Part shown: positions 32,236-38,024 of the stretch, piece after piece | Position numbering within the stretch: the stretch's first letter is position 1 | Layout of the letters: each line of letters begins with the position of its first letter | Origin: an uncultured Solirubrobacteraceae bacterium | Lineage (GTDB): Bacteria > Actinomycetota > Thermoleophilia > Solirubrobacterales > Solirubrobacteraceae | NCBI GenBank assembly: GCA_964588985.1 | Contig: CAZPQW010000029.1 | Span: 1-38,024 of the forward strand | DNA length: 38,024 bases | Reading direction: 5' to 3' | Program-made: the position numbers and the translations under genes | The notes under the pieces: model-generated | Seen by the model: the letters and a program-made list of their open reading frames with translations, nothing else | What the model was told of the DNA's origin: nothing | Database searches by the model: none

Positions 32236-33003
32236 TCAGACGGGGTTGGGCACGTCGAGGAAGACGTGCTTGAGGTCGAAGCGCTCGGCGAGATGATCTC
32301 CCAGAGATCTGACTCCGAATGTCTCCGTGGCGTAGTGCCCGGCGGCGATCACATGGATGCCGAGTTCGCGCGCCTGGCCCATCGTGCGCTCCGGTATTTC
32401 GCCCGTGAGGAAGGCGTCCGCGCTGGCGGCGTGCGCGTCGGGGAGGTAGTCCGCGCCGCCTCCCGAGACGATGCCGAGGCGGCGTATGCGCTCGGGGCCG
32501 GCGTCGTAGATCAGCGGCTCGCGCGAGGTGATCGCGTGGATGCGGGCGACCAGCTCGGCGGCGGTCACGCCGTCATCGGGGAGCGTCGCGACGAAGCCGA
32601 TCGGCTGGCCCTTGTGGAGCGCGAACGGCTCGAGCTCGGTCGCGTCGAGGGCGCGGGCGATCAGCGCGTTGTTGCCGTGCTCGGGGTGCGCGTCGAGGGG
32701 GAGGTGGTAGGCGGCGAGCGCGATGTCCGCGTCGAACAGGGTCTTGAGGCGGCGCTTGAGCGTCGGGTCGATCGTGCGCACTCCGGGGGAGTCCCAGAAC
32801 AGGCCGTGGTGGACAAGCAGCAGGTCCGCGTCCTCGCCGGCGGCGAGGTCGAACAGCTCAGCTTGGGCCGAGACGCCGGTCGCGATCGTGCTCACGGTCG
32901 CGGGCCCGGGGACCTGCAGGCCGTTCGCGCAGTAGTCGCTGAAGCGCGCAGGTTCGAGCAGGCGATCGAGCTCGGCGAGGATCTCGGTCGTGGGTGCGGG
33001 CAT
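32236..33003 (-). CDS. Nif3/YbgI-like dinuclear metal-centre protein
   Basis: DYCANGLQV, LVHHGLFW, YHLPLDAH, GNN, SGGG, TGE, GHYATE; TATCGT + 7 nt + ATG suggests leaderless. Confidence 0.95.
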   Translation of the reverse strand: MPAPTTEILAELDRLLEPARFSDYCANGLQVPGPATVSTIATGVSAQAELFDLAAGEDADLLLVHHGLFWDSPGVRTIDPTLKRRLKTLFDADIALAAYHLPLDAHPEHGNNALIARALDATELEPFALHKGQPIGFVATLPDDGVTAAELVARIHAITSREPLIYDAGPERIRRLGIVSGGGADYLPDAHAASADAFLTGEIPERTMGQARELGIHVIAAGHYATETFGVRSLGDHLAERFDLKHVFLDVPNPV

Positions 33004-33050
33004 GGTCGCGACGATAGCGATCGCGCCGGTGTGTGATACTGGCGGGGCGT

Positions 33051-33124
33051 CGGGGCGTGGCGCAGCCTGGTAGCGCGCGCCGTTCGGGTCGGCGAGGTCC
33101 CCGGTTCGAATCCGGGCGCCCCGA
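33051..33124 (+). tRNA. tRNA-Pro(CGG), CCA not encoded
   Basis: Acceptor CGGGGCG/CGCCCCG, D-arm GCGC-AGCCTGGTA-GCGC, anticodon arm CGCCG-TTCGGGT-CGGCG, T-arm CCCGG-TTCGAAT-CCGGG; TGTGATACT promoter-like upstream. Confidence 0.97.
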
Positions 33125-33253
33125 TTAGAAGCTGGTTGGAATCAGGGAAGTGCTGGGGGACTCTCTAGCTTCGGGATTTGGCTCTGGGGTTGGACCGCGG
33201 GGTGATGTGGCCGGGATCGGTCTCGATCCAACTACGCCTGTGTTCCGGGCTTT

Positions 33254-33296
33254 CCGCCCACGAACCGCCCACGTGCCCCGGGTTTGACCGCCCACG
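33254..33296 (+). repeat. Three direct repeats CCGCCCACG (integrase arm-site-like)
   Basis: Copies at 33254-62, 33265-73, 33288-96, immediately upstream of a tRNA fragment. Confidence 0.75.
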
Positions 33297-33311
33297 CTGA
33301 AGAACTGTGGA

Positions 33312-33351
33312 CTCATAACCCGAAGGTCGCAGGTTCAAATCCTGCCCCCGC
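33312..33351 (+). mobile_element. 3' half of initiator tRNA-Met, att-site-like fragment
   Basis: CTCATAA-CCCGA-AGGTC-GCAGG-TTCAAAT-CCTGC-CCCCGC; starts at anticodon loop, lacks D-arm and a pairing 5' anticodon strand. Confidence 0.85.
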
Positions 33352-33368
33352 GCCGCTTGGCGTAACGC

Positions 33369-35006
33369 CTACCGCTTGACCCGGCTTCGGAGCGATAGCG
33401 CCCCAAGCCCGAGGAGGATCGGCGCGGCGAGCCTGAGGGCGATCTGGATCTCCTGCCCCGTCGCGGACAGGTGCGTTTCGGGCGGATGCAGGAGGCTGAT
33501 GCCGCTCTGCAGTGCCAAGACCAACGCTTCATGGTAGGTGTGGCTGGGGTGCGCATGGCTGGGTGCAAAGCCGTGGCGGCCGAGCGGTATCGCAGCGAGC
33601 AGCGTGACGGCGGCCAACGCGATGAAGGCTCTGCTTGCCCGCAGGCCGTATCCGGCGAGTAGCCAGTAAGCGCGTATGACCGCCCTGTCGCAGTAGGCAT
33701 GTATCCGGCCGCCCTTGCCTGCAAGTGGGATGCGTAGTCTCATCTCCATCTCGCCGTAGTACAGGTCGCCTGCGCCGGCTTGGTCGTTGCTGTCTTCGCC
33801 GGCCTTACGGAGTGCCCGGTAGAGCGCCGCAAGTTGTTCTGGCCTGAGGACGGGTTCCTCGGCGCCCGCATCCGAACCGTGCCCATCGTCGTTCGGTGTG
33901 CTCCAGGCAGGAGCGAGACGAAGCCACGGCTTGTATCTGCTTGCGCGGCGCTCCTTCTCGCGAACACGCCATGCCTGCTCCTCGAAGATCATCTCGCGGT
34001 CGACGCACAATCCTTTCTTTGGCGTGTGTGGCCATATGCAGCTCGGCTCGATCGTGAGCGACTGCAGCCCGTGCGCCCCGTAGAAGCGGCAGCGCGTGAG
34101 GTCGATACCGGAGATCGAGAGGCCCGCCACCTGGGCGTTTCGGAGTGTCGTAAGCCTTGGCTTCTCGCCGGCGTCGATCGTGGCGTGGAAAAGCGTCGAG
34201 GCGCGGCCGAAATCGGCGCAGTCCAGCCGTATGTCACGGGAGCTGAGGGAGAAGCTGACGCCGTCGGTGAAGATTGTCGAGCGGGCTGACACGTGTTTTG
34301 CGGTGGCGTCAACGGTGACGTGTTCCGTGAACAGACACTCATCGAGCACGAGCGTGTCCTTCGCGGTGAACGGGCCGAATTGGTGCGCGCCTTGAAAGGT
34401 GGCGCCGTTCATGTGCGCGTCGCTGTTGAACTTCGCGTCTTCGAAGTCCGCGTAGCTCCTGAACTTGGCGCCGTCGAACCGTGCGCTGCCGTCGAACGTT
34501 GCCCCCTGGAATCCTGCGTGATCCTCGAAGATTGCCTTGGTGAAATCGGCTCGCTCGGCGAACGTGACGCCGTCGAAGTCGGCGTGCTCGCGGAACGTCG
34601 CATCGCGGAAATCAGCAGAGCCCGCGAACGTCGCATGGTCGAAGCGCGCGCTGCCGGCGAACGTGGCCTCGTTGAAACTCGCGTCGCCCAAGAAGGTCGC
34701 TCGATCGAAACGCACCTGCCCACAGGCAGTTGCTCTAGGCCGCTCGCGTTCGCGGGTTGCGAGGGCCTGCTCAACGCTCTCGCTTTTCATCGCGCCGAGC
34801 AGACGCCGGAGGCAGTCGCTGTCGATCCTGGCATCACGCGCGTCAAGTAGGCGGCCCTCACTCCAGCGCTCGACGGCGACGCAGAGCTCCTTGTCACTCG
34901 CGTGTCCGACGCAGTTCGACCCCTCCATCCGCGCGCCGCGACACGCCTCATGCGAGCATCGCTCGATCGGCTCCTCCTGCTCGTCTGTGTGCTTGGGCGC
35001 GGTCAA
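33369..35006 (-). CDS. Pentapeptide-repeat protein with N-terminal Cys/His motif and C-terminal membrane domain
   Basis: C-x4-C-x9-C-x2-H; ~10 tandem (A)xFxx-ATFxx decapeptides; YRALRK, YYGEMEMR, GYGLR; hydrophobic C-terminal helices. Confidence 0.9.
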   Translation of the reverse strand: MTAPKHTDEQEEPIERCSHEACRGARMEGSNCVGHASDKELCVAVERWSEGRLLDARDARIDSDCLRRLLGAMKSESVEQALATRERERPRATACGQVRFDRATFLGDASFNEATFAGSARFDHATFAGSADFRDATFREHADFDGVTFAERADFTKAIFEDHAGFQGATFDGSARFDGAKFRSYADFEDAKFNSDAHMNGATFQGAHQFGPFTAKDTLVLDECLFTEHVTVDATAKHVSARSTIFTDGVSFSLSSRDIRLDCADFGRASTLFHATIDAGEKPRLTTLRNAQVAGLSISGIDLTRCRFYGAHGLQSLTIEPSCIWPHTPKKGLCVDREMIFEEQAWRVREKERRASRYKPWLRLAPAWSTPNDDGHGSDAGAEEPVLRPEQLAALYRALRKAGEDSNDQAGAGDLYYGEMEMRLRIPLAGKGGRIHAYCDRAVIRAYWLLAGYGLRASRAFIALAAVTLLAAIPLGRHGFAPSHAHPSHTYHEALVLALQSGISLLHPPETHLSATGQEIQIALRLAAPILLGLGALSLRSRVKR

Positions 35007-35150
35007 GGTGGGAACCTGGCGTTCGGGAGCCTAGAAGGCACCGGGGACGACCAGCGCGCGGATCTGACGCACGCATCTCGGGTTCACCGGGCATCGTCGG
35101 AGGGTTTGCAATGATTGGGTGTGGATCTGAAGACGACAAGGAGACCTCTG

Positions 35151-35621
35151 ATGCCTACCGCCACCGCACCTTCCGCCGTCGAGGCTCTTGGGCGTCTCGA
35201 CGGACTGCTCGACCTGTCGAACATCCGCATGAAGCTCGCGGACCCCGAGGAGGGCAAGAGCTACGGAATGGATCGACTCGATCTGCTCGAGGCCGAGTAC
35301 CGCAAGTTCCTTGCATTGCATCTCGCGTTTCCCGATATGGACGTGGTGCCTTGCAAGATCGTCGACGAGATGTGGCATCAGCACATCCTTGATACGGCCG
35401 CCTACCGCGCCGACTGCGAGGCGATCTTTGGTCGCTTCCTCGACCATTTTCCGTATTTCGGGATGCGGGGCGAGGACGACGCAAGGGATCTCCAAGACGC
35501 GTACGTCGAGACCATCGACCGTTACCGTCGTGCGTTCGGGGAGCCGCCGAAGGACACTTGGATTTCCGCGGACGCAGCCAAATGCAAGCGCACCGCGTGC
35601 AAGCCGCAGAAGTGCCGCTAG
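35151..35621 (+). CDS. DUF1399/GRDP-like protein with Cys-rich tail
   Basis: SD AGGAG before ATG 35151; EYRKFLAL, P..IVDEMWHQHILDT..Y...C....GRFLDH.P. Confidence 0.8.
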   Translation: MPTATAPSAVEALGRLDGLLDLSNIRMKLADPEEGKSYGMDRLDLLEAEYRKFLALHLAFPDMDVVPCKIVDEMWHQHILDTAAYRADCEAIFGRFLDHFPYFGMRGEDDARDLQDAYVETIDRYRRAFGEPPKDTWISADAAKCKRTACKPQKCR

Positions 35622-35655
35622 CCGAACCTGCGCCGCGGAATCTCACGTGGCGGGC

Positions 35656-36282
35656 TTACACGCGCAGGTTCTCGACGGCCTGTGCGAGGATCCTCTCACC
35701 GTAGGTCTCAATCAGCTCGCATGCGAGTGCGTTGAGCTTCACCTGTCCGTCCGAATCTCCCATCCCGGTGTTCTCCAGCAGCGCGACGCGCTCGGCGACC
35801 TTACCGAGCGAGGTGCTTGTCCTGGGTTTGCCGCTGATGTACAGGCATGCTGTGGACAGCGCGGTGGCGCGCGACCAGTCAAGGCCCCGCACTAGCTTGC
35901 GTGCTCGCTTGGCGTCGCGCGCCGCGATCTCCCGTGGTAGGTCGACCTTGATGAACTGTTCGCGGATCCGCGCGAGCTGCTGGGCGGGAACTCTGGCACC
36001 ACTGTGCCCGATCGGGCCGCTGCGGAGCACCGCCCCGGCGCCCAGCCCGCATGCCAGCACGCGCGCGATGCTTTGGTGGGCGCCGAACTTCACGCCGAAT
36101 CCGAGGACCAGCCCGAACGCGGCTGCCCCGCCGAGCGCGCTGAGCGCGAGGTACCATCGGCCTGCGCCGGTGGTGATAATCAGCCGTCCCGCGCGCGGCT
36201 GGCCGGCGGCGAGCTCAAGCGCTCCACCTCCGAGACCGATCAGCACGATGACCGCTAGTTCCGCGATCTCCCCGTTGGACAC
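35656..36282 (-). CDS. Hypothetical membrane protein (3 N-terminal TM + soluble helical domain)
   Basis: GTG 36282, 7 nt after upstream stop; hydrophobic segments then charged domain. Confidence 0.7.
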   Translation of the reverse strand: MSNGEIAELAVIVLIGLGGGALELAAGQPRAGRLIITTGAGRWYLALSALGGAAAFGLVLGFGVKFGAHQSIARVLACGLGAGAVLRSGPIGHSGARVPAQQLARIREQFIKVDLPREIAARDAKRARKLVRGLDWSRATALSTACLYISGKPRTSTSLGKVAERVALLENTGMGDSDGQVKLNALACELIETYGERILAQAVENLRV

Positions 36283-36289
36283 AGGCGGT

Positions 36290-36616
36290 TTAGCCGGCGG
36301 CCGCGATACCGACGGCGGTGAGGCTGATGAGGTCGCTGCCGCCCGTGTCGGCGTGCGAGACCATGCCGAGATCCTGCAGTCGAGCGAGTCCCGTGTTGAC
36401 CTCTGAGGGGTCAAGCCCGGCGATCTCGCCGACCCGCTTCAACTCGAGCGGCCCGCGTTGGAGCAGCGCTCTGATCAGGGGGGCCGTGTCCACATAGACG
36501 ACGTGCTGCTCGTCCAGGGCGCGCTGGACCTCGCTGAGGGCCCGCTCGAAGTCGGGGTCGTCGCGCAGCGTGTCGCTCTTTGCTGTGCTCGGGGTGTGTG
36601 CGTCGGGTGCCGCCAT
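36290..36616 (-). CDS. Small winged-helix protein (MarR/TrmB-like)
   Basis: LLQRGPLELKRVGEIAGLDPSEVNTGLARLQDLGMV...ISLT..G; TACAAT 10 nt upstream of ATG 36616. Confidence 0.65.
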   Translation of the reverse strand: MAAPDAHTPSTAKSDTLRDDPDFERALSEVQRALDEQHVVYVDTAPLIRALLQRGPLELKRVGEIAGLDPSEVNTGLARLQDLGMVSHADTGGSDLISLTAVGIAAAG

Positions 36617-36863
36617 CGGTATCGTGATTGTAGTCGCGCCAGCACCATTCGTAAAGCGCGATGCGGGCCCGGATTGCTGCGAGCCGCGAACCAGCACCCG
36701 GTTCACGGAGCAAGCTCCCGGTCCCCAGCAGGCTGGCAGAAAAACGGACTAGATGCACGGGGTACCGATCGGTCCCTGTTCGGTACCTCCTGGATGCGTA
36801 AAGACCGGCCTCGTGTGGTGCGAACGGACACAGTGATCGCACAGCGATTGCTGGGCCGTGCAT

Positions 36864-37136
36864 CTAGTCTGTTTGAGATTTTGTGCGTGGCGTGCGTTGT
36901 CGGATCTCGGCGGCGAGGTCGGCGATGTTGGCGTCGAGGGCGTTGAGGAGTCGGGTGATGGTGGACCAGCGGATGTCACGTCGTCCCGTCTCGACTTGGG
37001 AGATGTAGGTGTCGTCGGCGCCAGCTCGATCGGCGAGCTCCCTTTGGGTAAGTCCGGCCTGTTGGCGAAGTTGGCGGAGTGCTCGCCCGAGAGCGAGTTG
37101 GGAGGCCTGGATGGCGCTTGCGGGTTGATCGTCCAT
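36864..37136 (-). CDS. XRE-family HTH transcriptional regulator
   Basis: LGRALRQLRQQAGLTQRELADRAG...YISQVETGRR...TITRLLNAL. Confidence 0.92.
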   Translation of the reverse strand: MDDQPASAIQASQLALGRALRQLRQQAGLTQRELADRAGADDTYISQVETGRRDIRWSTITRLLNALDANIADLAAEIRQRTPRTKSQTD

Positions 37137-37175
37137 CGCTTGATGCAGATCGGCAGACTTTACGTCCCAGCCAAG

Positions 37176-37271
37176 TGCTAGGTTTGCTGCTAACCGCAAA
37201 ATAGTGCCCGGGCGCGGCTGACACCGCCCCGGGCGTGGCACCGAGAGCGCGAACTCCCGGCGCATGGGCAC
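37176..37271 (+). promoter_or_regulatory. Extended -10 and structured leader opposite the XRE gene
   Basis: TG-C-TAGGTT 37176-84; hairpin GCCCGGG-C-GCGG/CCGC-CCCGGGC 37206-37234. Confidence 0.45.
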
Positions 37272-37342
37272 CCTAGCGGGACCGGGGATGCCTCGTTCGC
37301 CCTGAGCAGTCCTCCCGGAGCCTCCGACAACAGGAGGAACCG

Positions 37343-37960
37343 ATGAGTACCAGCCCCATCTCCGACGTGACGGTGTTGGCCGCGATCGATCGAGCCGTGC
37401 GGCACCGTGTCCGTCCGGTAGTGCCGATCTGGAGCATTTTCGAGCACCTCGGAATACCAAGGCGCTCTCGCCGTGTCCGGACCCAGATATTTGAGCTTGT
37501 GCAGGCAGGGGCGGTAGAGCGCTCGCGTGTTCGCAGCATTGAGCAGTTCTCGCTTACCTCTGCTGGTCGCAGGAGGCTGCGGCGGGCCGGTGAGGTTGAG
37601 CTGCCAGAGTCGCCGCAGCATCAGGAGTGGCGCAATGCCCAAGTTCTTGCTGCTCAGGAGATCGAGCGTTTCCGCGATGCTCTGTGTGAGTTGCTTGCCG
37701 ACGCGAGCGCTCTGCTCGATAGCGGCGCGCCCTCTGATGTGTGGTTTGAGCTGGCCGAGCGACTGGAACGCACCGCACGGAGATTGGGCTCCGCGACGTA
37801 CTGCCTATACGAGTGGGCTGAGCCCATCGACGGAGAGCCGGATGTCGATGACCGCTGCGAGCACGATGACGAGCAGCTCGATCCGCTCGACAGGCAGCGT
37901 CGCCGTGCGCGTCGGGCGGGTCGGCGCAACGTGGGACGCTGGAGCGCGGACTGGTGCTGA
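37343..37960 (+). CDS. Hypothetical protein with N-terminal winged-helix-like region
   Basis: SD AGGAGG; IFEHLG...ELVQAGAVER...FSLTSAGRRRL pattern; divergent from XRE gene. Confidence 0.75.
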   Translation: MSTSPISDVTVLAAIDRAVRHRVRPVVPIWSIFEHLGIPRRSRRVRTQIFELVQAGAVERSRVRSIEQFSLTSAGRRRLRRAGEVELPESPQHQEWRNAQVLAAQEIERFRDALCELLADASALLDSGAPSDVWFELAERLERTARRLGSATYCLYEWAEPIDGEPDVDDRCEHDDEQLDPLDRQRRRARRAGRRNVGRWSADWC

Positions 37961-38024
37961 CAGCGGTGACGCAATTCGTTGGATGCTTCTATGTTGTCAA
38001 GGGCGTTTTTGCGAAGTGTTGGTA

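Noticed and set aside
33043-33058. CGGGGCGT duplicated at the tRNA-Pro 5' end as a target-site duplication
   Set aside because: Only 8 nt, GC-rich, adjacent copies with nothing inserted between
33312-33351. Functional tRNA-Met gene
   Set aside because: No D-arm, 5' anticodon strand GTGGA pairs poorly with CCCGA, match stops before the discriminator
34400-34720. 30-nt periodic GAACGT/GTCGAA repeats
   Set aside because: Explained by the pentapeptide protein repeats
36864-37460. 198-aa version of the XRE protein
   Set aside because: Extension overlaps the divergent gene and its leader; HTH domain starts after ATG 37136

Overview
High-GC actinobacterial DNA, most likely Thermoleophilia/Solirubrobacterales (inferred from protein style and gene content, not from a database search). 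1-18621 is the core translation supercluster: partial tuf, S10 and spc operons, secY-adk-map, rpmJ-rpsM-rpsK-rpsD-rpoA-rplQ, truA. infA is missing from its usual place. Five ribosomal proteins carry long low-complexity extensions: uL22 N-terminal Lys/Ala, uS17 N-terminal acidic then basic, uL5 and uS5 C-terminal acidic, uS3 C-terminal Gly/Arg/Pro. 18635-33003 holds a tandem pair of uncharacterised 8-Cys secreted paralogs, surE-ligA, a membrane-anchored hypothetical, dacB, a patatin, and a Nif3 / acyl-CoA ligase / membrane protein / divergent HisC-like aminotransferase cluster. Several genes look leaderless. tRNA-Pro(CGG) at 33051-33124 is followed by an island-like accessory region. It starts with an att-like site (three CCGCCCACG repeats plus the 3' half of tRNA-fMet), then a Zn-finger/pentapeptide/channel-like protein, a DUF1399-like protein with a Cys tail, a wHTH + membrane protein pair, an XRE regulator and a wHTH hypothetical. 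No CRISPR array, rRNA, integrase or transposase is visible.
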